DNA of 64,000 bases from Gaiellaceae bacterium (GCA_045806105.1 JBJMJY010000002.1:2438-66437); one strand, 5' to 3'; counted from the first letter of the stretch, positions 9,639 to 18,926 are shown. Notes: generated from the letters alone by a model not told the origin. Translations and numbers: made by a program.

Positions 9639-10268
9639 TCAGGATCGCGCCGCCCTCCCAACGCGGCTGCGGCGCTCTCGAGTTCCCCAGAACCAGGCCG
9701 TCAAGAAGACGACGTACGCGATTGCGAACGCAACGGCGAGTTGGAGTAGGCGCCGGCCGTCCGCAGGCAGCGACGGCTCGAAGGTTCCTTCTGAGATAGA
9801 AGACGCGGTTCGGGAGCATGATCGATGCGAAATCGTCTGCTCCTTCGACGAAAAAGAACGCAAATGGCGTTGCGAAGAATGTGGTATCGCTTTTTGCGGT
9901 TGATACTGCAGTCGCATACCAGTCGAGCTCACCGCTGCCGCAGGATGGTTTTCGGCTCGTGGAGCGAGCTGGGCGGGCGCGCCGAACGCGGCGGGCGAAA
10001 GAGGCCGATCAGCGGCTCGAACTGCCGCAGTATCACAGCCTGAGGCCTGATATCGCGTAGATACCAGCGATTTCGGAGCCACTTTCGTGCCTCCCGCGGC
10101 GGTCTGAGCCCCTGCTGCGGCTGCCGAGACGAACGCGTAGGCGGCGAGGGTCAGGAACGCGGCCACAAAGATGGTCCTCGCAGCCGACGGGCGGCGGACC
10201 ACGCGGTCGGGACGGCGATCGAGCAGGTTGTGAGGGTCACGCTTCGCGATATGCGATAAGTACCCCAA
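9639..10268 (-). CDS. hypothetical two-TM protein (weak call, atypical composition)
   Basis: 209-aa ORF whose stop is 2 nt upstream of the GT4 start. TM-like segments TIFVAAFLTLAAYAFV and LLQLAVAFAIAYVVFLTAWFW. The middle is S/R/Q/H-rich, and the DNA here is visibly less G+C-rich than its surroundings. Confidence 0.3.
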   Translation of the reverse strand: MGYLSHIAKRDPHNLLDRRPDRVVRRPSAARTIFVAAFLTLAAYAFVSAAAAGAQTAAGGTKVAPKSLVSTRYQASGCDTAAVRAADRPLSPAAFGAPAQLAPRAENHPAAAVSSTGMRLQYQPQKAIPHSSQRHLRSFSSKEQTISHRSCSRTASSISEGTFEPSLPADGRRLLQLAVAFAIAYVVFLTAWFWGTRERRSRVGRAARS

Positions 10269-10319
10269 CGAGGGATGTCGCGACCATCAAACGAGAAAAA
10301 ATCGAAAAACAGCAAGAAT

Positions 10320-10348
10320 TTGCGTTGACGAAAATGCAGCGCTATAGT
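10320..10348 (+). promoter_or_regulatory. candidate sigma-70-type promoter for the sigma-factor gene
   Basis: TTGCGT (10320-10325), 17-nt spacer, TATAGT (10343-10348), sitting in an A-rich tract (gagaaaaaatcgaaaaacagcaagaattt). Confidence 0.3.
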
Positions 10349-10352
10349 CGCC

Positions 10353-11288
10353 GTGGGTTTCCTTTCAAGTGTCGAAGAGCGGATGATTCGATCTCAGACC
10401 CCTCAGGAGCAGCCGCGGCACCCGAAGCGCGCCTCCCGGCGGGTCGTGCCCGGACGGGTGACGACGAGTCGGCCGGCCGGCGTGCTGCCGCGACCGCCGG
10501 AGGCCGAGGCGCCGAAGCCACGCGCCGCCCGGAAGCGGGCCACGACACGCGACACGGCGCGGCGGCTGCTGCGCGATTACCACGAGCGCGGTGACCTCGG
10601 CGCCCGGGACCGGCTGATCCAGCAGTACATGCCGCTCGTCAAGAGCCTCGCCCGCCGCTACAGCATGGGCACCGAGCTCTATGAGGACCTCGTCCAGGTC
10701 GGGTGCATCGGCCTGATCAAGGCGGTTGACCGGTTCGACTCGCGGCGGGCCGAGTTCGGGCAGTTCGTGATTCCGAACGTCGCCGGCGAGATCAAGCGCT
10801 ACCTCCGCGACCGAGCCTGGCCGGTGAGGGTCCCGCGCCGGCTACAGGAGCTGCGGCCGGGGCTCCGCGCCTGCTCGGCCGAGCTCTCCGCGCAGCTGGC
10901 CCGGCCGGCGACGATCGCGGAGATCGCCGACCGCTCCGGGATCGACGAGCTGGAAGTCGCAGCAGCACTCGACACGGAGCGAATCCAGGCGCCCCTCTCG
11001 CTGTCGGAGGCCGCGACGCAGGACGACGAGACCTACTGCGAGCTCGACGTCCTCGAGGGCGGCTACGAGCGGGGCGAGCAGCGGGCGCTCCTGGCGGCGG
11101 GGTTCCGCGCGCTCGACGAGCGCGAACGGCGCTTGCTGCACCTGCGCTACTTCGCGGGCCTGAGCCAGCCCCAGATCGCGAGGGAGATCGGGATCTCGCC
11201 GATCCACGTCTCGCGCCTCACGCGCCGCGCGCTGGTGAAGCTCCGAGACGAGATCGGCGCCGCCGCTCCGGAAGCCGTCGCGAGCTGA
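10353..11288 (+). CDS. RNA polymerase sigma factor, SigB/SigF/SigG (group 3) type, with basic Pro-rich N-terminal extension
   Basis: Region 2: LIQQYMPLVKSLARRYS...EDLVQVGCIGLIKAVDRFD...FGQFVIPNVAGEIKRYLRD. Region 3/4: ATIAEIADRSGI...ERERRLLHLRYFAGLSQPQIAREIGISPIHVSRLTRRAL. Start uncertain (GTG 10353 or ATG 10383). Confidence 0.85.
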   Translation: MGFLSSVEERMIRSQTPQEQPRHPKRASRRVVPGRVTTSRPAGVLPRPPEAEAPKPRAARKRATTRDTARRLLRDYHERGDLGARDRLIQQYMPLVKSLARRYSMGTELYEDLVQVGCIGLIKAVDRFDSRRAEFGQFVIPNVAGEIKRYLRDRAWPVRVPRRLQELRPGLRACSAELSAQLARPATIAEIADRSGIDELEVAAALDTERIQAPLSLSEAATQDDETYCELDVLEGGYERGEQRALLAAGFRALDERERRLLHLRYFAGLSQPQIAREIGISPIHVSRLTRRALVKLRDEIGAAAPEAVAS

Positions 11289-11312
11289 CGCGGCGACGGC
11301 GTCCTCGCGCGT

Positions 11313-11342
11313 TTCCGAACGTAGCCGTGTGCGCTCTACAAT
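11313..11342 (+). promoter_or_regulatory. candidate promoter upstream of the HicB-like gene
   Basis: TTCCGA, 18-nt spacer, TACAAT (11337-11342). Confidence 0.25.
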
Positions 11343-11432
11343 TCGCCTCCCGTGAAGTCGAAGCCTCGCCAGGGAGTCGATCCGGCATCTCCGGCGCGGG
11401 ATCCCGCGCCTGCCGCCGCACGGGCTGACGAG

Positions 11433-11945
11433 ATGCCGTACCCGGTGACGCTCGTGCACGACGACGACGAGTGGCTCGCGACAATCGATGCGCTGCCCGG
11501 CTGCACGGCCCGTGGTGCAACCCCGGACGAGGCGATCGAGCGGGCCTCCGACGCCATGGCCGCGTGGCTCACCACGGCGAGGCGGGAGGGGAAGGAGGTT
11601 CCCGACCCCAAGACCGCGCAGTCGCACAGCGGGCGCCTGCTGCTGCGGATGCCGCAAACGCTGCATGCGGAGCTGGCCCGAACGGCGGAGCGCGAGCACG
11701 TCAGCCTGAACCAGTTCATTACCGACGTGCTGGCAGGCGCGCTCGGGTGGCGCACGACGGGGCGCAAGGCACACGTGACGCGCGCCGTGCGCGGGCTGGA
11801 CGGCGACGACGAGGTCGACCCCCAGGAGGCCGCTCCTGCGCATCGCTCGCGCTTCAGCAGCACGGTGTTGCTCGTCAACGGCGTGGTCGTCGCGCTCGCG
11901 GCCGTGGTCGCGATCGTCGTGCTGCTGGCCGTTCTGTTCCGCTAG
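11433..11945 (+). CDS. HicB-family antitoxin-like DNA-binding protein with C-terminal transmembrane anchor
   Basis: MPYPVTLVHDDDEWLATIDALPGCTARGATPDEAIERASDAMAAWL (HicB/UPF0150 N-domain), then SGRLLLRMPQTLHAELARTAEREHVSLNQFITDVLAGAL (ribbon-helix-helix), then a linker and STVLLVNGVVVALAAVVAIVVLLAVLF. ATG 11433 is preferred over GTG 11352. Confidence 0.7.
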   Translation: MPYPVTLVHDDDEWLATIDALPGCTARGATPDEAIERASDAMAAWLTTARREGKEVPDPKTAQSHSGRLLLRMPQTLHAELARTAEREHVSLNQFITDVLAGALGWRTTGRKAHVTRAVRGLDGDDEVDPQEAAPAHRSRFSSTVLLVNGVVVALAAVVAIVVLLAVLFR

Positions 11946-12040
11946 GAGCGTTTGGCGGAACTCCTCGTAGCCACTCTCGCATCTGCGCCGCCGCGCGTCT
12001 AAAGTGTCGAGTGCTACGACGCGACTGGGGAGGTCGATTC

Positions 12041-12628
12041 GTGGGCATGCGCAAGCCGCTTCGACGGGGGATAGTCGTTTTGACCTGCGCCGCGCTGGGC
12101 GCGGCGGTGACCGGGCGAGCCGCTGCCGAGGGACCGCCCCGGCCGGAGCCGCCGCCGCCGGCCGCGCACGGGACAATCCGGCCCGAGGCCCCGCCGCGCG
12201 CACCCGCGCCGCAGAGCGCCTCCACCTCGGGTGCGGCGACAACGTCGGTCACATCGTCTTCGCCCTCGCTCGCGTTCGCGCCTCCGACGCCCTCCGCGCA
12301 GACGCCGAGCGTGTCGCGCACGCAGACACGCAAGGTCGTGCGGCGCGCCCATGTCGCGAAGAAGGATCCGGCGCCCAAGCCGCCTTCGGAACCCGTCCGG
12401 TTGCTGGCGTCGTGGCGCGCGGGCGGTGAGCTCCTCTCCACGTCGGCCGGCGGGCTGACGAAGACCCCTTCCTCGAGCGAGTCGCTGCTGCTGCTCTTGG
12501 TCGGCCTCGCGCTGGTGGTGCTGGTGCTGGGCGAGACCACGTTGCTCCGGATGGCCGCGCGAGCGCCGGAGCCGCAACGGACCGCGGAAGAGCCCCTTCC
12601 TATTCGCCGGGTTCAGCTGAGGCGCTGA
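12041..12628 (+). CDS. secreted Pro/Ser/Thr-rich protein with C-terminal hydrophobic anchor
   Basis: GGGGAGG SD at 12027-12033, then GTG 12041 / ATG 12047. Signal-like [27 protein letters not shown], a PPPPAAHG...PAPKPPSEP low-complexity region, then [17 protein letters not shown]. Confidence 0.45.
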   Translation: MGMRKPLRRGIVVLTCAALGAAVTGRAAAEGPPRPEPPPPAAHGTIRPEAPPRAPAPQSASTSGAATTSVTSSSPSLAFAPPTPSAQTPSVSRTQTRKVVRRAHVAKKDPAPKPPSEPVRLLASWRAGGELLSTSAGGLTKTPSSSESLLLLLVGLALVVLVLGETTLLRMAARAPEPQRTAEEPLPIRRVQLRR

Positions 12629-13766
12629 GCAGCCGCGTCGGCGCGACCGGCGCGGGAAGCCGGAGGCGCCCGAGCTCGCGGCGGTAGAGATCGAGGTGCG
12701 CGGCGCGGTAGCGCGGCACGTCGAAGAAGTGGAGCGCGCGCGACCGGCCGGCGGCGCCGTAACGGCGCCGCAGCTCGGGATCGGCCAGGATCCTCTGGAG
12801 CGCCTTGGCCAGCGCGGCGGGATCCGACGCGGGGACGAGCAGGCCGGTCTCTCCGTCGACGACCGCCTCGGCGACGCCTCCGACGTCCGTCGCGACGACC
12901 GCCAGGCCCGCCGCCATCGCCTCGAGGATCGAGACTGGAAAGCCCTCGGAGAGGCTCGACAGCACGAACAGGTCGGAGCGGCCGAGCACCTCCGCCACGT
13001 CGCCGCTGGCCCCGAGGAGCTCGACGCGCCCGTTTAGGTCCCGCTCCTGCGCGGCATTTGCGATGTCGGCCAGCGTCGGCCCCTCGCCGGCCAGGCTCGC
13101 ACGGTAGTCGCCGCCGAGAAGGTCGAGCGCGTCGAGCAGCGTCGCGAAGTCCTTGGGGTAGGCGAAGCGCCCGACGCTGACGATCCGCGGCGTTCCCGTC
13201 GTTTCGGCCCCGGGCGAGAACGACTCGACGTCGACGGCGTTGTGGATCACGACCGTGCGGGCCGGTTCGCAGGCCCGTGCCGCGACGCCCTGCTCCCGCG
13301 TCGCCTCGGCGACGCAGACGACGGTCGTCGACAGCGGCCGCATCAGCCGCTCGATCCAGAGGTAGAGCCGCCCCGCGACGCCCCCGTACGCGGCGAACGA
13401 CCAGCCGTGCACCGTGAAGACCCGGACGGGGACGCGCGCCAGCCACGCCGCCAGGCGCCCGAGTACGCCGATCTTGGAGCTGTGCGCATGGACGATGTCG
13501 GGCCGCAGCTTCCGGCACAGGCGCACGAGCTCAGCGAGCGCAAGGACGTCGTGGTAGGGATCGATCGGCCGGCGCACGTGCCGGAGCTCGACGAACGGCA
13601 CTTCCGCGGCCTCGGCGGCGTCGCGCAGCGGCCCCAAGCCCTGCGCGGCCAGCGTGACCTCGAACCGCTCGGCGAGGCCCGGGAGGAGGTGCGACACCGC
13701 GGTCTGCGCGCCACCGAGCTCGCTGAGCGTGATCAAGATCAGCAGGCGGGGCTTGCGAGCCTCCAT
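12600..13766 (-). CDS. GT4-family glycosyltransferase
   Basis: [31 protein letters not shown]...[16 protein letters not shown]...[29 protein letters not shown] (E-x7-E region). ATG 13766. Confidence 0.85.
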   Translation of the reverse strand: MEARKPRLLILITLSELGGAQTAVSHLLPGLAERFEVTLAAQGLGPLRDAAEAAEVPFVELRHVRRPIDPYHDVLALAELVRLCRKLRPDIVHAHSSKIGVLGRLAAWLARVPVRVFTVHGWSFAAYGGVAGRLYLWIERLMRPLSTTVVCVAEATREQGVAARACEPARTVVIHNAVDVESFSPGAETTGTPRIVSVGRFAYPKDFATLLDALDLLGGDYRASLAGEGPTLADIANAAQERDLNGRVELLGASGDVAEVLGRSDLFVLSSLSEGFPVSILEAMAAGLAVVATDVGGVAEAVVDGETGLLVPASDPAALAKALQRILADPELRRRYGAAGRSRALHFFDVPRYRAAHLDLYRRELGRLRLPAPVAPTRLLSASAEPGE

Positions 13767-13859
13767 CGCCCAGTAGGTACCCGCATCGCCGCCGAGCGTG
13801 AGCCGTTGCGTGGCGGGCACCGCGAGAACGCCGTGCCCGCCTTGCAATATGTCGTACGG

Positions 13860-14630
13860 CTACAGCGCCGCGTTGGCCTCGTCGATCAGCGCCTGCTCCT
13901 CCGGCGTGATCGATGCGAGCACGTCGGCCTCGTCCCAGAGCGCCTCGTCCGGGAGCGGTGCCGCGAGCATCGTCAGCTCCTCGGCCGAGAAGTCGGCCGG
14001 GCCGCCCGTGATGCCGTTGCCGTTATCGCCTGCGAACGTCCACACCTTCCTCAGCGCCTTCGAGCGCACCACGATGTTGTCGAGGTAGGTAGCGCCCTTC
14101 GACCGGTCGACGACGAGCGCGAGCTGCTCGACTATCCCGTTGAGCGCGTCGTTGACCAGCGCCTTGGGCACCTGGCGGACGATGTCGGCCTGGATCAGGG
14201 CCTGTGAAAAGACGCGCTCGACCCACTTCGGGTCGTCTGTCGGCCGCGCCGACGTCACGCCACAGCCGACGTTGATCAGGTACGTCTTGCTGCCCTTGCC
14301 GTTGACGAAGAGCGTCCAGCGCGGGTCCGTCTTCGTGCATGTTGCCGGGACGCGGTGCTGGTAGGACAGGCTCTGCAGGTCTCGGACGCGGAGGTTGTCG
14401 ACGCCCCGGACGAGCGCCGCGGCGGACGTGTCGGCCGTACCCGGAGCCTCGAGCACGAGCGCCTGGTTCGCCGTCCCCTGCGAGTCCGGACGGCCCTCCT
14501 GTGCCTTCCAGGCGGCGAGCGTCTGGGCACCGTGGCTGACCGGCTGGAGCGTGAGCACGTCTCCCGTGGTGTCGGCGGCGGCGGTAGCTGCAATCGCAAA
14601 GACGAGCGCGGCCACGCCGGCCAAAAGCAT
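13860..14630 (-). CDS. secreted hypothetical protein
   Basis: AAGGGGGA SD, then ATG 14630. Signal peptide MLLAGVAALVFAIAATAAA. The mature part has no family I recognise. Confidence 0.6.
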   Translation of the reverse strand: MLLAGVAALVFAIAATAAADTTGDVLTLQPVSHGAQTLAAWKAQEGRPDSQGTANQALVLEAPGTADTSAAALVRGVDNLRVRDLQSLSYQHRVPATCTKTDPRWTLFVNGKGSKTYLINVGCGVTSARPTDDPKWVERVFSQALIQADIVRQVPKALVNDALNGIVEQLALVVDRSKGATYLDNIVVRSKALRKVWTFAGDNGNGITGGPADFSAEELTMLAAPLPDEALWDEADVLASITPEEQALIDEANAAL

Positions 14631-14902
14631 GGATCTCAAGAGTCCCCCTTGGTTGGTGCTGCCTCGGACGGGGCGGGAGGGTAGCGCAGGAATCGCGATT
14701 TCGCCGTGCTGCGGCGCGGCGAGGCGGAGCCGGGATCGACCGGGTATCAGTCCCGGCAGCACTGCTACCAGGGGCTCGACTTTGGGGGGCCGGCCGCCCC
14801 GACTCCTGGAACCACGGATGCGCCGCCGCAGTGAAACCTGCGCGAGTGCGGCGTTCCGTCTCTATTCGGCTCGCCTTTCCTCCCTCGGCGAGCCGGTGGG
14901 CC

Positions 14903-15373
14903 CTACGTTTGAGCGCCGCTGTCGTCGGCTCCAGCGACCCTCGGGCCGCGGGGCGGCTGCGAGATCGCCTCGACGACCTCGCCAGCGTCCTTTTCCTTGC
15001 CCGCACGGGCGAGATCGGCCTGCGCGAGCATCCCGACGAGCTGGTTGTCGCCGGCGATGACCGGCAGCCGCCGGACCTGCTCGCGTGCCATGAGCTCGAG
15101 TGCCTTGTCGAGGTCGTGCTCCGGGGTGAGCGCAACCAAGTCGGTTGAGGCGATCTCGCCGACGCGTGTTGTCTCCGGGTCGAGTCCGCGGCCGACGACC
15201 CGGAGGGCGACATCACGGTCGGTGAGGATGCCGACCAGTCGGGCTTTGTCCCTGACGACCGGCAGCGATCCGACGTCTTCCTCGTCCATCAGCCGGACGG
15301 CCTCGCGAACCGACGTCTCTTCTGTGACCGCGCGCGGCCGATCCGACATTACCTCGGCGATCTTCGTCGCCAT
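14903..15373 (-). CDS. CBS-domain pair protein
   Basis: GGAAGGAGG SD, then MATKIAEVMSDRPRAVTEETSVREAVRLMDEEDVGSLPVV...GILTDRDV...ALELMAREQVRRLPVI...GMLAQADL. Confidence 0.85.
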   Translation of the reverse strand: MATKIAEVMSDRPRAVTEETSVREAVRLMDEEDVGSLPVVRDKARLVGILTDRDVALRVVGRGLDPETTRVGEIASTDLVALTPEHDLDKALELMAREQVRRLPVIAGDNQLVGMLAQADLARAGKEKDAGEVVEAISQPPRGPRVAGADDSGAQT

Positions 15374-15615
15374 AGCTGGCCTCCTTCCTTTTCGGTTCAA
15401 GCTCGAAAACAGACGGCTACCCGCCGCAGGCAAGCCCAAACGCCTCGTGTTCCGGGACGACGTTTATGACTTATAGCTGGGCGAAACTCCCTTTCAACAT
15501 CTACGGGCCTCCCGCTCTGGGTGACCGCGATTGCAGGCATCGTCCTGCTGGCGACGGGGTCTGCCCTGCGGCGAAAGGCCGCTTAGCTAAAAGCCTCACC
15601 AGCGAAGCCCCGCAA

Positions 15616-15646
15616 GCCAAAAGAGGTCCCGCTCGGCGGGGCCTCT
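15616..15646 (-). terminator. intrinsic terminator after tRNA-Ser
   Basis: 10-bp stem (agaggtcccg / cggggcctct, one mismatch on the transcribed strand), 5-nt loop, followed on the minus strand by TTTTGG. Confidence 0.55.
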
Positions 15647-15674
15647 CTGCCGCTGCTGCGGGCCCAGAGGACGA

Positions 15675-15763
15675 CGGCGGGGGTGGGATTCGAACCCACG
15701 AGCGCCGGTTAAGGCGCCAGCGGTTTTCAAGACCGCCCCGTTCGACCGCTCCGGCACCCCGCC
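15675..15763 (-). tRNA. tRNA-Ser (anticodon UGA), class II with long variable arm, CCA not encoded
   Basis: Hand fold: acceptor GGCGGGG/CCCCGCC, D-arm GCCGGAGCGGTCGAACGGGGC, anticodon stem GCGGT/ACCGC with loop CU-UGA-AA, variable arm GGCGCCTTAACCGGCGCTC, T-arm GTGGG-TTCGAAT-CCCAC. Confidence 0.95.
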
Positions 15764-15773
15764 GCGGGTGAGG

Positions 15774-16976
15774 TTAGCCCTCGATGCGGGCGGGGGCGCC
15801 GAACTCCTGCAGCACCTCGGGCACCTCGCCCTGGAAGTTCTCGAGGACCGCGAGGGCCCAGCGATCGGTCACGGCCGTGCCGTTCAACGTGTGGACGTGC
15901 TCGGTGCCGGCGTTCGCGCGATAGCGGATGCCGAGGCGGCGCGACTGGTAGTCCGTCGTGTTCGAGGCGGACGTGAGCTCCCGGTAACGCTGCTGCGACG
16001 GGAACCACGCCTCGAGGTCATAGCGCTTCGCGGCGGCGGCGCTCAGCTCCGAGGCCTCGATGTTGACGACGCGGTAGGGCAGGCCGAGCTCCTGCGCCAG
16101 CGACTCCTCGATTGCGAGCAGCCGCTCGTGCTCGGCCCACGACTCCTCAGGGAGCACGTAGGCGAACATCTCGACCTTGTTGAACTGGTGGACGCGGAAC
16201 ATCCCGCGCGTGTCGCGGCCGGCCGCGCCGGCCTCGCGCCTGAAGTTCGTCGAGAAGGCCGTGTAGCGAAGGGGCAGGACGTCGCGCTCGAGGATCTCGC
16301 CCATGTGCAGCCCCGCCAGGGCGACCTCGGAGGTGCCGGTGAGGTAGAGGCCCTCGTCGGCGACCTCGTAGATCTCGAAGCGCTCGGCGGGGAAGAAGCC
16401 GGTCCCGTACATCGCCTCCTCGCGGACGAGCACGGGCGGGATCACCGCCGTGTAGCCCTGCGCGATCACGCGGTCGAGCGCCCAGCGGTAGAGGGCGAGC
16501 GCGAGGCGGGCCGTGTCACCGACCATGTACCCGAAGCGGGAGCCCGAGAGGCGGGCGCCGCGCTCCATCTCGAAGCGGCCGACTTCGAGGTGCTCCTTGG
16601 CGTCGTCGAGCTGCGGCCGCTCGCCGACCTCGCGGACGATCGCGCCCTCGGAGTCGTCCGCGGCCGCGTCCGGGGCCGATTCGTGAGCCGGATTGGGGAC
16701 CTTCTGGAGCAGCTCGTCGCGCCGTGCCTCCGCTGTTGTGAGCTCCTCCTCGACGCGGCGGAGCTCCTCCTTCACGGTCTTCAGCTCCTCGACCTGCTCC
16801 GGAGTCGGCTTGCCCTTCAACTTCTGCCGGCTACGGAGCTCGTCGACCCGCGGCACGAGCTCCCGCCAGCGGGCATCCGCCTCGAGCAGCGCGTCGAAGG
16901 CCTCGGCGCCGCCCTTTCGCGCGATCCCCGGCCGCATGCGGTCAGGGTCGCTGCGCGCCGCTCGGAGGTCGATCAA
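15774..16976 (-). CDS. serS: seryl-tRNA synthetase
   Basis: N-terminal coiled-coil arm (MIDLRAARSDPDRMRPGIARKG...EELKTVKEELRRVEEELTTAEARRDELLQKVPN) and class II core (FRREAGAAGRDTRGMFRVHQFNKVE, TSASNTTDYQSRRLGIRY, LNGTAV). TTG start overlaps the upstream stop. Confidence 0.95.
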   Translation of the reverse strand: MIDLRAARSDPDRMRPGIARKGGAEAFDALLEADARWRELVPRVDELRSRQKLKGKPTPEQVEELKTVKEELRRVEEELTTAEARRDELLQKVPNPAHESAPDAAADDSEGAIVREVGERPQLDDAKEHLEVGRFEMERGARLSGSRFGYMVGDTARLALALYRWALDRVIAQGYTAVIPPVLVREEAMYGTGFFPAERFEIYEVADEGLYLTGTSEVALAGLHMGEILERDVLPLRYTAFSTNFRREAGAAGRDTRGMFRVHQFNKVEMFAYVLPEESWAEHERLLAIEESLAQELGLPYRVVNIEASELSAAAAKRYDLEAWFPSQQRYRELTSASNTTDYQSRRLGIRYRANAGTEHVHTLNGTAVTDRWALAVLENFQGEVPEVLQEFGAPARIEG

Positions 16977-17398
16977 CCCTTCTGGTTCTCGACCAGGTAC
17001 GCGGTCAGGTCCGCGAGCTGCTTGTCCGAGAGCGTCTGACCGAAGTCGGGCATCGATGGTGGGTAGCCCTTCTCGACGTATGCACTCGGGTTGGCGATCG
17101 ACTCGTGCGCGAACTCGTCCAGCGAGCCCTGGTCCGCCGTCTTCGCGTAGTCGGCGAGCTTGTCGAGGTCCGGCCCGACCGTGCCGTTCGTGCCGGCCGG
17201 CTTGAAGGTGTGGCAGCCGCCGCAGCCTTGGGACGTGAAGAGCACCGAGCCCGCGGTCGCGTCCCCTTTCGCGGCTGGCGCGGCCGTCGTCGTCGGCACC
17301 GAGCCGACGACTGTCGCCGCGGTGGGCGAGGCCGTCTTGGCGCCGCCACAGCCGGCAAGGAGGAACGCGAGGGCCAGAAACGGGAGGAGCCGGCGCAC
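16973..17398 (-). CDS. class I c-type cytochrome lipoprotein
   Basis: MRRLLPFLALAFLLAGCGG lipobox, heme motif CGGCH, distal Met region (GYPPSMPDF). Confidence 0.85.
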   Translation of the reverse strand: MRRLLPFLALAFLLAGCGGAKTASPTAATVVGSVPTTTAAPAAKGDATAGSVLFTSQGCGGCHTFKPAGTNGTVGPDLDKLADYAKTADQGSLDEFAHESIANPSAYVEKGYPPSMPDFGQTLSDKQLADLTAYLVENQKG

Positions 17399-17408
17399 GC
17401 GCGCGAGT

Positions 17409-18926
17409 CTACTGAAGCCGCCTGGCGGCCTCTTCGCTTCTGCTGAAGAGCCAGAGGGCCAGCGCGGCGAGCCCGCCGTAGCCGGCGACGTCGGTGGGCG
17501 TGTCGTTCACGAGCAGCGAAACGGCGAGCGCCGCGAAGTAGGCATCGAGGAGCGCCGACCGCGGCCGCTGCAGCCCGAGGATGACGAGCCCCACGATCCC
17601 GAGCGCGAACAGGAATGCCATGTGCCATGCCGAGCCGAGCCCTGCGGCCGAGAGGTGGAGGCGGTGGCCGAGGTCGCCGAGCACGGATCCGGGGCCGCCT
17701 CCGACGGCGTGCGTGACGTGGCTCGACCCGCCCGTCGCGGCGTCGACGCCGACGAGCAGGAGCGCGATCGCAGCGGCAGCGGCGACGGCGGCGACGGCGC
17801 GGACGGCCGGCAGACGCGTGAGCCTGAGCCAGAGGACGAGGAAGCCGGCGGTGTACACGACGAGGCCGCCGCCGTCCGCACCGACGCGGCTCGCCGCGAT
17901 CCCGGCGGCCACGAAGAGCGCCACCGCTGGCAGCGCCGTCCGCCCGGCCAGCGCGCCGAGCACGAGCGCGGCGGGGAGGAGCAGCGTCTCGACCTGGTTC
18001 GTCACGCCGTAGAAGCGCCCGCCGCCGTCCGGATGTGGGCCGATCACTGCGAGGGCGTTCCACACCGGCTTCGCCCACATCACGGCGAAGAGCACTGCGA
18101 AGAACGTCCCGAGCGCCACCCCGAGCGGCAGCCGCGGCCGGAGGAAGAGCCCGCCGGCGACCGCGGCGGCGGTTCCCACGACGGCCACGGCCGCCACGGC
18201 GTGGGACGGCGTGGAGATGCCGGCCGCGCTCACGGCGACGGCCGCCGCGATGCAGGCCGGCGGCGCGAGGAAGGCGGCACGCGCCGCGGCCGCGCTGGGC
18301 GTGACGAGCGCAAGCGCGGAGAGCACGATCATCAGGACGACGAGCACGATCGTCGCTCCGAGCCGCGAGTCGTGCGCCCGCGCGAGGCGGCGGTCGAAGC
18401 TCGAGAGCGTCCCGAGCGGGTCGCCGTCGTTCTGCGAGCGGATGCGCGGCCGGTCGCCGCGGGCGAGCGCGCGGGCCGACGGCGCCACGTCGGCGATCGA
18501 GATCAGCCCGGGGAGGCGAGTGGAGGTGTCGGTCAGCACGCCGCCGTAGCCCGGCCCGCGCACCGCGATCGGGTAGCGCTCGACGTTGTGGTGCCGCCCG
18601 GGCGCCGGCAAGGCGATGAAGAAGGTCGTCCGGGCCGGCCGCCGTGAGAGCGAGATCAGCCGTTCGCCGCCGGGCACGCCGGCGTCCACGATCGCGTTGC
18701 CCATCTCTCCGCGCACGAGCGACGCCAGCGCGCCGCGCCTGCTCACCGTGGCGCCCTCACCTGCCACGAGCAGACCGTGGGCGCCCTCCTGCGAGCGGAA
18801 AACCGCCGACGACGCCGGCACGACGACCACGGCGATGTGCTCGGACGGTGCGGCAGCAGCAGGAACGGTTCCGGCGGCCACTCCGATGCCCAGGGCTACA
18901 ATCGAAAGGAACCTTCTCGCCTTCAA
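17409..18926 (-). CDS. integral membrane protein with N-terminal extracytoplasmic domain (unknown family)
   Basis: TTG 18926 gives MKARRFLSIVALGIGVAAGTVPAAAA (signal-like), then a domain of about 170 aa, then about 9 hydrophobic segments. The upstream 151 codons of the ORF run antisense through htpX and are rejected. Confidence 0.55.
   Translation of the reverse strand: MKARRFLSIVALGIGVAAGTVPAAAAPSEHIAVVVVPASSAVFRSQEGAHGLLVAGEGATVSRRGALASLVRGEMGNAIVDAGVPGGERLISLSRRPARTTFFIALPAPGRHHNVERYPIAVRGPGYGGVLTDTSTRLPGLISIADVAPSARALARGDRPRIRSQNDGDPLGTLSSFDRRLARAHDSRLGATIVLVVLMIVLSALALVTPSAAAARAAFLAPPACIAAAVAVSAAGISTPSHAVAAVAVVGTAAAVAGGLFLRPRLPLGVALGTFFAVLFAVMWAKPVWNALAVIGPHPDGGGRFYGVTNQVETLLLPAALVLGALAGRTALPAVALFVAAGIAASRVGADGGGLVVYTAGFLVLWLRLTRLPAVRAVAAVAAAAAIALLLVGVDAATGGSSHVTHAVGGGPGSVLGDLGHRLHLSAAGLGSAWHMAFLFALGIVGLVILGLQRPRSALLDAYFAALAVSLLVNDTPTDVAGYGGLAALALWLFSRSEEAARRLQ

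Noticed and set aside
7085-9903. Very long ORFs on the opposite strand or in other frames of the flippase/GT4 genes (597 aa minus, 695 aa plus)
   Set aside because: The translations are Arg/Pro/Gly/Ala-rich filler with no motifs. They are shadow ORFs, which are typical of very high-G+C DNA. The flippase and GT4 frames carry the recognisable features.
10325-10348. TTGACG ... TATAGT as a consensus promoter
   Set aside because: The spacer is only 12 nt. The overlapping TTGCGT with a 17-nt spacer is the more plausible -35.
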